Below, piece after piece: positions 38,235 through 50,559 of a DNA stretch of 64,000 nt. Within the stretch, counting starts at the first letter, position 1, and every line of letters starts with the position of its first letter. The stretch lies in NCBI GenBank assembly GCA_003427395.1, contig BFEA01000003.1:7420690-7484689 (forward strand). The letters are read 5' to 3'. Under the pieces are notes generated by a model. It had not been told where the DNA came from, ran no database searches, and saw only the letters and a program-made list of their open reading frames with translations. Both the position numbers and the translations under genes were made by a program. This DNA is from Chara braunii. Taxonomy: Eukaryota; Plantae; Charophyceae.

Positions 38235-40832
38235 TGAATGGACCGAGATATTGCTAAGTGGGAAACCGTCATCACATATGAGGAACTTCGATGAAACACA
38301 TGCATGTAACTATGAAAACCATCAAGATTTGAACCGGAACATCACAAAGTAAAAAATTAGTGAAATTCGAAAGTGAGACCAGATTAAACATATACATGGA
38401 GCTATGGAAGCAAACAAGATTGAACCGGAACATCACCAAATCGAAGATGAGTGAAATACACAAGTGAGACTAGATGAAACACACACACGGGGCTATGGAA
38501 ACAATCAAGATTAGACCGGGACATCACCAAGTGGGAGATGAGTGAAATACACAGGTGAGACTAGATCAATCATATGCATGGGGCTATGGAAGCAATCAAG
38601 ATTGAATCGGAACATGATTAAGTGAAAGATGAGTGAGATACAGAAGTGAGACTAGACCAATTGCATACATGTGGCTATGAAATCACTCAAGAATGAACTG
38701 GAACATTATCAAGTGGAAGATGAGTGAAATACACAAGTGAGGCTAAGATCCAACATATACATGGGACTATGGAAGTAATCAAGATTAAACCGGACCATCA
38801 TCAAATGGAAGATGAGTGAGATACACAAGTGAAACTAGACTAATCACATGCATGTGGCTATGAAATCACTCAAGGATGAACCGGAACATCATCAAGTGGA
38901 AGATGAGTGAAATATACAAGTGAGTCTAGATCCAACACATGCATGGGGTTGTGGAAACAATCAAGAATAAACTGGCAAATCATCAAATGAAGGATGAGTG
39001 GAATACCCAAGTCAGACTAGATCAAACTCATACATGGATCTTTGGAAGCAATTAAGGTTGAATCAGAACGCCACCAGGTGTCATTAAGTGGAAGATGAGT
39101 GAAATATACAAGTGAGTCTATATCCAACACATGCATGGGGCTATGGAAACAATCAAGAATGAAACGGCAAATCATGAAATGAAGGATGAGTGAAATGCCC
39201 GAGTCAGACTAGATGAAACTCACACATGGAGCTTCGGAAACAATTAAGATTGAATCAGAATGTCACCAAGTGGAAGATGGGTGAAATTGAAAATGATCAA
39301 ACAGACACATGGAGCTATCGAAGGAATCAAGAATGAATCCGAACATTACCAAGTGGAAGATGAGTGAAATACATAAGTGGGACTATATCAAACATACACA
39401 TGGAGCTATGGAGGCAACAAGGATTGAACCCGAACATTACCAAGTGAAACGATGGGTGAAATACATAAGTGGGACTATATCAAATACATATATGGAGTTA
39501 TGAGATCAGCAAGGATTGAATCGGAACATCAATAAGTGAAAGATGAGTGAAATACACAAGTGGAACTAGATCAAACACACACATGGAGCTTATGGAGTCA
39601 ACAAGGATTGAAACGAAATATCATCATGTGAGAGATGAGTCATGCATATGAGCGAGACTTGCTCAAACACATGCATGAAACTCATGGAAACAACAATATT
39701 GAAACAGAACATCATCATGTAAAAGATGGGTCTTGCACATGAGTGAGACTTACTCAAACACATGCATGGAGCTCAGAGAGTAGGTTAACAATAGTCGTAT
39801 TTTTCATCACCACTTCAGGACACCCTTCACCACTTCAGGATACAGCCTGCCTAAACAGATGGTTTTCAGGGTCTTCGGACCTTTCATTACTTCACGACCA
39901 TTCAGGTCTAGGTCTAAAAATGATGAATGGTCCTGAAGTGGTGAAAGTTTCCAAGACCCTGAACACCACCTGCTTAGGTAGACTCCATCCTCAAGTGGTG
40001 AAGGGTGGTTTTCATGGTTTTCGGACCTTTCACCATTTCATGACAATTTAGGATTTTCAGACTGTCAAAAACTCTTACTTGACAACTCCAGGACACCCTT
40101 CACCACTTCAGGTTGCATCTTGCCTAAACAGGTGGTTTTCAGGGTCTTCGGACTTGTCACCACTTCAAGACCATTCATGATTTTCAGACTGTCAAAAACT
40201 CGAACTTCAGAATTTTCATTCCTGAATTTTCAGCTATCCAATAACCGCTTGTGAGAGCTCATGGAAGCAACAAGATGGAAACGGAACATCTTGTGAAAAT
40301 GAGTCATGCACTTGAGTGAGACTTGCTCAAACACATGCAAGGAGTTCATGGAAGCAAACAAGAATGAAACGGAACATCATTATGTGAGAGATGAGTCATG
40401 CACATGAGTAAGACTTGCTCAAACATATGCATGGAGCTTATGAAAAAAAACAAGAATGAAACGGAATATCATCATGTGAGAGATGAGTCATGCATATGAG
40501 TGAGACTTAGTTAAACACATGCATGAAGCTCATGGAAGCAAACAAGAATAAAACGGAACATCATCATGTGAGAGATGATTCATACACATGAGTGAGACTT
40601 GCTCAATCACATGCATAGAGCTCATGGAAGCAAACAAGAATAAAACGAAATATCATCATGTGAGAGATGAGTCATGCACATGAGTGAGACTTGCTCAAAC
40701 ACATGCATCGAGCTCATGGAAGCGAACAAAAATGAAACGGAACATCATCATGTGAGAGATAAGTTGTACACATAAGTGAGACTTGCTCAAACACATGCAT
40801 GAAGCTAATGGAAGCAAACGAGAATGAAACGG
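38235..40832. repeat. ~91-bp tandem satellite (more than 20 units, two subtypes)
   Basis: ggaacatcatc starts spaced ~91-92 bp (e.g. 38336, 38427; 40371, 40463, 40555). Confidence 0.95.
39776..40254. mobile_element. CACCACTTCAGGA-rich non-autonomous DNA element inserted into the 91-bp satellite
   Basis: Flanked by duplicated gagctca (39769-39775 and 40255-40261); homologous to 23328-23708. Confidence 0.85.
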
Positions 40833-43800
40833 TGTCGAGCGTATCAGCTCCCGCCTTTTTCGCAAAGGCGATAGCCCTCTCGGCCATGTCACGCAGGAGT
40901 TAAAATAAAAACAAAAAACTAAAAGACAACTTGAGGACGGTGTATAATTAACACCGCGAACCGCCGAGACAGTCATGGTCGCGTCGTCCCTTCGCCAATC
41001 TGGTCGGGTGCAGCAACTATACTTCCCGCGGTCCCCTACGACAGGATAGGTTTCCGCGGGGCACATCTTATTTTTCGTAAGGGGTTGTCACCAACCTTAG
41101 GGGTGTATCCCTACCAAGCTACCGACCCACGTACGAAAGTTTTAGATGCAATCGCAGAGGTAGGTCATCGAAGGGCATTTGCTTGTTCGTAGCGTCGTTC
41201 GTTCCTTAGGGCGCTGATATCCTAAGTATGAAGCTGACGCCGGTTGACTAGGACGGTCTCAAACAAGCATGAAACTCATCACTCAATCCTAGTCGGCATC
41301 GTTGAACCACTTCTCGATTTATGCGTGTCATCCTTGTGCAGAGGTCATGCAGATCTATGGCGTGACTGAATTCAGCCATGGGATCTCGACGATCGCACGA
41401 CTGAAATTGGCCGCGCCATACTGCTCTGAGATCGGGCCACTCCGACAAAAGGAGCTAGCCCAATATTAGTATGTCGGGCTCGATGTCTGCGTCTGCAGCA
41501 TATGAGCCTGAAGTCTCACCTATTGGACTAGCTCCTACTACAAGAAGAGTAGGAGCAACTGCTCCATATGAGGAGCTTGTTCTGAGTACCTCTCCTGCCC
41601 GTGTTCTAACAGGGTCTACTCAAGCCTAGTAGGCCTTGCTTTCTGGCCTGTTTCCCGTCGAATGGCCACACTGCCACAATTCGACGGTTACCCAACCGGG
41701 TAGGCCACATTGCCGATTTTTTTACCCTCGGTGCGAAATCAAACCCCGCGGGCCCAACAATTCATAAATAATAAAATAAATAAACAAGCACTTCATTTCT
41801 CCCATGTCGCGACCCTATTCTTGAGGAGGCCGTTCTTTTTAACCTACTTAGGCTCAGGATCGCGCGACTGATAATATTTTAGGTATGATAGGTTTAACTT
41901 TGGCATTCCCATGTCCACACGCTTCTGCGGCCTCGACAAAAACGAAACAATATCAGTTACTGTCCCGACAACATTTCCGGACCCCATTGAACGACGTCCC
42001 CGTCGTTCACCATCAAAATAAAAGGTCAGGATTTTTATGAACTTTCCATGTGAAAGCAACAAACACAAAACACCACAATTTCAACAATTGTTCGGAACTT
42101 AGCCGGGACTTTTTCCACCAACATACAATAATACAATGACAAAACTAGATTTAGCCTCCAGAAACCTTAACTTAATATAACAAACTGGATTTAGCCTCCA
42201 AAAACCTCCAATCAATACAACTCGTATTTGGATGGAATGATACCAAATTTTACCTCTGGCAAACCTTATCAAAACTTAGACCCAGGTCTAGCCCCTGAAA
42301 GCCTTCAATTCAGAGGAACTTTTTTAGAATAATCCCAGCATCAACCCACTGGCGGTCACTCAAAAACATTATTTAGTCTCTCAGAATGGCACCGAAAAAG
42401 TTTTCGGCTAGCCTTTAAAACCCCTATTGGTTGACACATCCATTTATCGAAAAAAATATGGTTTAACCCCCTAACGGGTCTTTCAAAATATTCAACCTCC
42501 TGGGCAGCCCAGACATAATCCGAACGAGCTACTCATGAGAAAAACCATTCGTTCAAAACTTCTCGACCAAGTTATGATCCTCATTCCAATCCACATAAGT
42601 TATCATGCCCGTTACTTTTGAATTCCTTGTGAATGCGTCGAGGAGTTGTGTAATCCGTATCAGGATAACATCACGACATCAAGCCCCGCTTTATATTCGA
42701 GTCTCATCACATTCCATCCGATTTCAGTGTCTTCGACCCCTTCAGTCCTCTGCATATAGAGTAGAACAACCCTACCCCACACGGTCGAGGTTGACTAGGC
42801 CCCGATCATGGAGGTAAGGTGATTTGGTCTGGCACGAGGTTACGTAGTCACGCCTTCCCATATGAAAAACAGTAGTCGCCTACCCATACATGCAACATAG
42901 TAACAATATCTCAACACCTTCCTCCTTTTCAGTGATAGTGTAGTCTCCCTTCCTTAAACCACTCAGGATTCGGCAGACAACATCCCAACATGGACCAGAA
43001 GCATAGCTCCGGCGTGGGCCTTATTACCACCTATGAAGCTCACAAATTCTTCAGAAATTTATCGTGACATGATAAAGTCTTCAAAACTTGTTTCAAAAAT
43101 ATTCAAGAACAATAATACAACGTACAACAAATGTCTTCACATGAAATTTTATAATGATCCAAGCTAAATAATCTTCAACAGTAGTTCATATGCCTTCAAT
43201 CATAGAAATGAATCACTAAAACGGATAATCCCTAAATGAATAGGAGTCCGGGTAAACTAATCGATCGAAATGTACATCATTCCAATATGAGATGGATGAC
43301 TAAATAAATCTGCAAAACAATACCAAAAGGAAGTAAACGTTTGGTTGACAACTTTTCAAACTAGTTTCAATCGATAACAATTTACACAAACAATATAACT
43401 GAAAGAATGCTTCAAAGTTTATAATAAAACATATGATTAAAATATAACACGTGAAAACAGTAATTCTTAACACAATAAATCGAAATGTATACATAATGTC
43501 AATGAATATCAAGTATCAAAACATTAACTGAGTACAACTCAATTAATATTTGGACATAAGGAATTCATATCCATTTGAATCGTTCAAAATAACCAAAATA
43601 ATCTTCGGAATAAAATCAATACATAATTTATTGAGATATGATGATAACAAAATCAATTGATAAAAATAAAATAATAAGAATACGATCAATTTATCCACTA
43701 AAAAATAAAATACTCGAGTGTCGTTCCGCTAGGAACAACTGTAGTTTGTTATTATCCCCTGCAACAGCGCCACCTCTCGAGCGCATCGGCTCTTGCCTTG

Positions 43801-44241
43801 TTCGCAAAGGCGAGAGTCCTCCCGGTCATGTCACGCAGGAGTTAAAACAAAAACAAAAAACTAAGCGACAACATGAGGGCGATGCATAATTAACACCTCG
43901 AACTGTCGAGACGGTTGTGGTCGCGTTGTCCCTTCGCCGCTCTGATCAGGTGCGCCAGCTGTACTTCCCACGTTTCCCTACGACAGGATAGGTTTCCGCG
44001 GGGTACATCTTATCGTTACTAAGGGGCTGTCACCATCCTTAGGGGTGTATCCCTACCGAGCTACAGACCCGCATATGAAAGTTTTAGATGCTATCACAGA
44101 GGTAGGTCCACCAAAGGCGTATGGATACGCTTGGTTAAATGCCAAACGAACCCGAGTGTCGTTCGTTCCTTAGGGCGTTGATCTCCTAAGTATGAAGCGG
44201 ACGGTCTCAACCAAATGTGAAACCCATCACTCAATCTTGGT
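40833..44241 (-). mobile_element. Athila-like LTR retrotransposon remnant (paired LTR ends, tRNA-Asp-type primer-binding site, internally deleted)
   Basis: Direct repeats 40833-41293 and 43775-44241; first begins tgtcgagcg (CA end on minus strand); PBS TGGCGCTGTTGCAGGGGA on the minus strand at 43755-43772 abuts the second copy; no pol motifs seen. Confidence 0.8.
43755..43772 (-). promoter_or_regulatory. Primer-binding site, tRNA-Asp type
   Basis: TGGCGCTGTTGCAGGGGA vs the known Athila PBS TGGCGCCGTTGCCGGGGA (16/18), 2 nt from the LTR end. Confidence 0.8.
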
Positions 44242-47200
44242 CCCTCAGACACATAGTCCGAAGAAAATTATATTAACCATACATAAGTACATCAAAAGGA
44301 TTCGACCTTAGTCGATAGAACGCACATCCAATCTGCAATGATAACCGAAAGAATTCAAATCATCATCTCATACATCCAATAACACAAGATAATAAAAAAA
44401 AAACAATCCGACCGCTTCAGGTCGAATACCACAAAACAATCAAACAACCGTCAACAAGGAGTTGGATATCGAAAACAACATTGATGCAGCTGACAAGGTA
44501 GTCGGACTGCCTTAGTTTTGACTTGATGAGATGAGCTGCCAAAGTCATTCATTCTACCTACTGTCGACCTAAGATTCGACACACATACCGGTCTTCATCC
44601 GTTTCCAATCTTTTTGGATGATAGGCTGCTTTGTGAATGATTCTTGATCAGGGGCATTGCTTGAAGTGTTGCATGCCTCCCCCTTTTGGAAGTGGTCTAG
44701 GGTACTCCTCGTCCGAGCACGAGGCTCAGATCTCAGGAGTCGGGTCATCTCCACCGAATCAACAAAGTACCCCCCCCCATAGAACAGTCCACTCTGGGTC
44801 GATAACGAGGTCGGCTTCTGAAGCAACGAACCCCCGCCCCAGATTCTTCCTAGATAAAGAACATATCCACCCCAAGTAGATTTTATTATTTATTTTTCCT
44901 CTGAAGTTCTAGGTAACTTGGACAAAAAGAAATCGAAGAAGAAAGAAAATGAGAGTCTTTTGGACAGGTATAGACAAATAGAGTCCATTAGGCTGGAATG
45001 GGTGAACCTCGAGAAAACTAAGTCTTATATTCTTCATTCTTCATTATATCGATAAACTTTCTTTCACGGTACCCGTTGAAATCATTCACCACAAGATACA
45101 AATGTTTTTAACATAAAGACATGCGGAAGGTAGAAACAAAACAATATTTTTCCTTCTCTTCAGTTGACAAAATCAATTTTTTTTTCAAACATCCTTCTAC
45201 CTATTTGCACAACAAGCAAAAAAAACAAGTTCAAAAGAAAACACTAGCATCCCAAACTCAAGTCAGACCTTTCCATTCACATGCATGAGTCACACAACTT
45301 TCCTCTACCTTTTCTTTTGAACATTCAAAACGGCAGGGTCAAGCAAAGTGTGGGTTCACACAGGTGTGAAGTTCGCCTGAGTCAATCAACTAACAGACCT
45401 TGAGTGAAGTTTGAATCGGCTCACTAAAAAAAGCCGAGTAATATGTCAATAAAATAAAAGATATCCATTTTTGAAGCCCAAAATATACGACCCACAACTT
45501 CACAAGTTGTGGCTGTTCCACTGAATGATGGTTCGCCTCTCCCTCCAAGTGCCAGATGAGCAGAGGTTGGATCTCAACAAAACTCAAACGAAATAGCCTT
45601 CCAAGAGGGTGTTCCCATGATTAAGTCTCACCTGGTCCCAATGTTCTGGACAGTCTCAACGCAGTCTCATTGCATCACGTCCTCCAAGGAATTGTCCCAA
45701 ACCAAGTCGCACATCGACACCGTCTCTCACCACATCCTCTCTCAATAACCACACCAATAAGTTCGTCTCGATCTCAAAATCAGTTTCATCTGGTCCCCAA
45801 AATGGTCTCAAGTGGTCTTGGGCAGTCCCACACCATCACCGATAATACCAAATAATTCATAACTCAAAATCGTTCATCTTGCGTGCTGCAAAAAAATAAA
45901 GGTGGCCCTGGATGAAAATCGCATGTGCCGCGAGCCCCAATAAAATGTCATTTCGACGCAAATCACAAGTGTCGCAACTACAATAACTAATGCCATGAGC
46001 TTTCACTCTGCGCTCTCTTCATGCCGCCGGTCCATGCACCACTGCCTCATAGACCCAATCGTGCACCAGCACTAGCCCAATCTCTACAACATGCTGAAAG
46101 TGCTTCGCACCTCAAAAAATTAACAGCGGAATTACCTCTCGTCGTTGTCGTTAAAACTGGTACTACGGTCGTCCAATAGCATCGCCGCATGCTCACAGAC
46201 CACTGCCGCACCAGTGTTCATACATTCGCCGTATCATGAAAGAAATAGTCCACCATTACCACGCACATCAAAAATTAAAAGTGGGACTGTCACTTCCGGC
46301 GCCGTAAGTTCGACAGGATAACTGCGCGACTAAATACGTTGTCATTGCCATATCGCTGAATAGGCAGCACTTCTGCTTATAAAAAAAAAAAGGTTGTCGC
46401 CGAGCCAAAATTTTGGCAGCATAATCCTACTGAAAGTACCGCCGTCGACTTGCCGTTATCCCAACACCACCTCCTCACATATACGGATTGACAAAAACGT
46501 GAGGTAAATCAGGCGGCACCTCCCTTCAAAATGTTGCTTCGCTATAAAAAATATTGGCGGCATATCCTCCTTCAGCATACCACCGCCGTCGAGTTGTCAA
46601 ACCAACAACACTTTCCTCCACTTAGAAAACAAGGTGTTGTCACGTGACCAAACGGACAGCACCTCCCTGATGTGCGCCGCTTACTATAGAACCGGATCCT
46701 GACGCAGCCTGTCGACCATAGCACCAACGCCAATCATGGTCGCCCCTCTCTCACTTTCCATCCTTCTGCATCTCCTCCTCTCCAACAGCACCGCCCCACA
46801 GTAGCAGCCAACCATCATTCACTCAGGTGAATGGCCCAGCAACACTGCCACAAGTGTGAGGCTGCTGGGTGGAGTGCTGACTTTTATAGCCAGTTGAGGG
46901 TTGTGCGCAGCTGCTTTGCCCTCAACCAAAAATTCGTAACTATTTTGAACCCTTGATCTAACCCATGATCAAAGGTCAGAGTATTTGATGTTCCCCTAGG
47001 GGAACTAACGTCTTCAGTTCCTAGAAGTATCTTGCCATTCTCCCAGCCACATACTTCTAGAAAAGTTTGTACTTAACCATTCTCTGCAGCCCACACGTGG
47101 TCAACGACACTTCGAATCTTCCCTGAAACTAATTATGAACTCGAGATCTTTCAGCATTTTTGAAGTTTTCTAAAGTAGAGTTTCAACAATTTCAGGCGTG

Positions 47201-47244
47201 CTGAAAATGTGGAATACCTCTACGTTGGATCAATCTTAAAAATG

Positions 47245-48355
47245 TTTAGCGTTTGCCCCCTCTGTCCGAGTGTATAGGAACGCTGAAGGTTCTGAAAATT
47301 GTGAAGTGGTGGAAACGCTGAAGATTTTGACCCCCCCCCTCCCCCCCTCTCCGCCTGCTTTGTTTTCTCAAGGGGGGGGAGTTCCGAATCTTCAGCGTTT
47401 TCACCACTTCAAAATTTTTATAATCTTCAGCGTTCACCCCCCTGTCTGAGTATGTAGAAACGTTGAAGATTCTGAAGTGGTGAAGATGCTGAAAATTTTG
47501 AAGTACACCCCCCTCTGTCCAAGTGTGCAGGAATGTTGAAGATTATGAAAATTGTGAAGTGGTTGAAACACTGAAGATTCTGAACCACCCCCCTTCCCCC
47601 TGTTTTGTTTTTTTAAAGGGGGGTGTTCCAAATCTTCATCGTTTTCACCACTTCAGAATTTTCAGAATCTTCAGCGTTCGCCCCCTTGTACAAGCGTGTA
47701 GAAATACTGAAGATTTTGAACATTCTGCAGTGGTGAAGATGTTGAAAATTTTGAAGTACACCTCCTTCTGTACGAGTGTGTAGGAATGCTGAAGATTCTG
47801 AAAATTATGAAGCGGTAGAAAACACTGAAGATTCTGAACCCCCACCCCCCCCTCCCCCTGTTTTGTTTTTTTAAGCGGAGGGGTTGCGAATCTTCAACGT
47901 CTTCACCACTTCAGAAGTTTTGGAATCTTCAGCGTTCACCCCCCTGTCTGAGTATGTAAAAACGCTAAAGATTCTAAAGTGGTGAAGATGCTGAAAATTC
48001 TGAAGTGCACCCCCCTCTGTCCGAGTGTATAGGACCGTTGAAGATTCTGAAAATTGTGAAGTGGTGGAAACACTGAAGATTCTGACCCCCCCCCTCCCCT
48101 CCCCCCGTTTTGTTTTTCTAAGGGGGGGTTCCGAATCTTCAGCGTTTTCACCACTTCGGAATTTTTACTAAATCCTTAGCGTTCGCCCCCTGTGCAAGTG
48201 TGTGGAACGCTGAAGATTTTGAAGATTATGAAGTGGTGAAGATGCTGAAAATTTTGAAGTATACCCCCCCTTTATCCGAGTGTGTAGGAACGGTGAAAAT
48301 TTCAAAAGTTTTAAAGTGGTGAAAACGTTGAAGATTCCGAACCGCCCCCCCTGCA
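47245..48355. repeat. ~252-bp tandem satellite (~4.3 units), each unit internally palindromic
   Basis: ccccctctgtccgagtgt recurs near 47257, 47508, 47760, 48010 and 48265; gaagtggtggaaacgctgaagatt / aatcttcagcgttttcaccacttc arms flank poly-C...poly-G. Confidence 0.9.
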
Positions 48356-49027
48356 CTCTATTCGAGTGTCCATGCGCAACTGTGTATAAAAGTTGAACGT
48401 TCAGACTATAAATGTTGAATATTAGTATGCCCGTTAACCTTCACTCCTGCAGCCTGTTCAAAAACGAACAGGTGTAGTCACTTCACCCCCTATAACCTTT
48501 TTGGGATGTATTTGTACGGCGGCCGCGACTATATTCGCGGCTGTTACTTTTTTTTTTTCTTCCTTTTTTCTTTTCTTCTTTTCTTTCTTTCTTTCTTCTT
48601 ACCCCTTTCATTTCTCTAGAAGGGCAGCAGTCTCCCCTCCCCTCTAAGTAATTTCACAGAGTCGAACTAGAGTCAAGTTCAGCAGGGTTCCCCCCCCCCT
48701 TTGCTGCAGCCCACGTCCGCACCCGACCGTCCTTGTATGAGTGAGAATCAAAGTAACAATTTATCCCCAAGTAAAGAGAGGGAAAAATTGCGAAGTGAGA
48801 GTGAGCGAAACTCACTCTCAAGATTGAAATCACCTGACACAAAGTGACGATTTAGCATGGGGTGAAGCAGTGGTGCTTATAGAGATACTTACTAATGGAG
48901 GAACTACTTCCTACCTCCCTATGCTTGGGATGTCTTTGCTATGAGGAGCGAAAGGAAGTGAGGAGGGCGGAGAGGAAAACATTAGGAGAGGAGAAGGAAA
49001 ATAAGTACAAGAAAGGGGGGGGGGGGG

Positions 49028-49177
49028 NNNNNNNNNNNNNNNNNNNNNNNNNNNNNNNNNNNNNNNNNNNNNNNNNNNNNNNNNNNNNNNNNNNNNNNNN
49101 NNNNNNNNNNNNNNNNNNNNNNNNNNNNNNNNNNNNNNNNNNNNNNNNNNNNNNNNNNNNNNNNNNNNNNNNNNNNN

Positions 49178-49263
<86 letters not shown>
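49028..49263. other. Assembly gap (49028-49177) followed by a poly-A run
   Basis: Direct reading. Confidence 0.97.
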
Positions 49264-49264
<1 letters not shown>

Positions 49265-50559
49265 ACCTCTGCCTTGTTTTCATTCATCTCCTTTAATCTT
49301 TAGGTGTTGAAGTGTCAGTCTTGATGAAGCTCTCTCTCTCCTTGCACATGTGTTGCCCAGCTATGACTTTCTTATTCCTCAAGCCCTCATCTCCTTCCTT
49401 CCCCAGCCTCTCTCAACCTATGACAAACTCCCACCACCAAGGTTGTGGAGTCCTCCCCTCTAGGAGGGCTAAATGGGATCCTACTACAAGCCTGTCTCTC
49501 TCCCTCACAGTCTGAGGGCTATGCGGATCACCTTCTTGGGTCAGCACCACCTTTACCAGCCTCAGTAGTCACTCCCACTAGCCTACAACCTCCCTCAAGC
49601 CTCTCACTTCAAGTGAGTAAAGAACTTTCATGAACTCACTTGGGCAGCATAAACTTTCCTCATGCAAATATGAGTGTGGCAGGCTGCTCCCCCAGCTTAT
49701 GTTGGCTGAAACCAGTACTTCGGCCACCCCATGGGCCTCCTCATGTGCCCCAAAGTGAGTCGAGGTACCCCATAACCAATTTTCACCACTAGGCCTCTCC
49801 GAGGGCACCTGGCCTCATTTTGGTTAGGTACATGCAGTTCGAGTGGTTGGTACCAACTCGGAATGCCTTTTGGGCTTCCTTATGCCTCCATTTCGTGTTC
49901 AGATGCTGCCCCCTTGAGTTCAAATGTCCAAGGAGTAGCCTTACTTGAAAGAAAAAGACCTTGTGGGCATTTTTCTGATTCTACCCCATTTTGAGTAGGC
50001 CAAGATATTTTTTTATGCCTCAGTGCTATCTCAGCCGTGGATCTGGCTTCCCAGCTACCCCCAAGTGGTGTTTGCTTCAACTTTGAGCCCTAAGGCTCGC
50101 TTTTTCATTTTTTGGTGTATCTGACCCTCTCTTAGGGCCAAATGCACAGTTTCGTATTTTTCCCTTTTTTGTTTCTTTTCATTTTTTGTTGCCAACTCAT
50201 TCCGGAGTTGGCCGCTCGGGCTGGCCCCACAAATAACGGCTATATCCTTTCCTCCATGAATCTGAATCTCAGATCCGATCCATGGTCCAAAAGAAAACCG
50301 GTCTATTCCTTTTTGTTTTTTCTCTCATTTTTGTCTTTTTAATTCACATATTGCTAAGATAATGCCCCAAGGGCCGTATCTCTGCAATCCGAATTGTCGT
50401 CCACCAAATCTGGAGGGATGAGGTCACATTAGAGACGTGTCAATCCCTACTGTGTCAATCCCAACTGGCCAGCACATCCACCTCCACCCTTTTCTCCCCT
50501 TTTGTCTTATTATCCCCCTTTTTTCTTCCCTTTTTTATTTTTATTTTTTTATTTCTGTT

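Noticed and set aside
38235-40832. CRISPR-like regular array
   Set aside because: Whole units are homologous with no unique spacers, no cas genes, and the context is eukaryotic; it is a satellite
49178-49263. Poly-A tail of a LINE or retrogene
   Set aside because: Abuts an assembly gap; upstream sequence unknown and run length unreliable
50395-50414. Minus-strand PBS TGGTGGA after ...CA
   Set aside because: Only ~7 nt match a tRNA 3' end and no paired LTR was found
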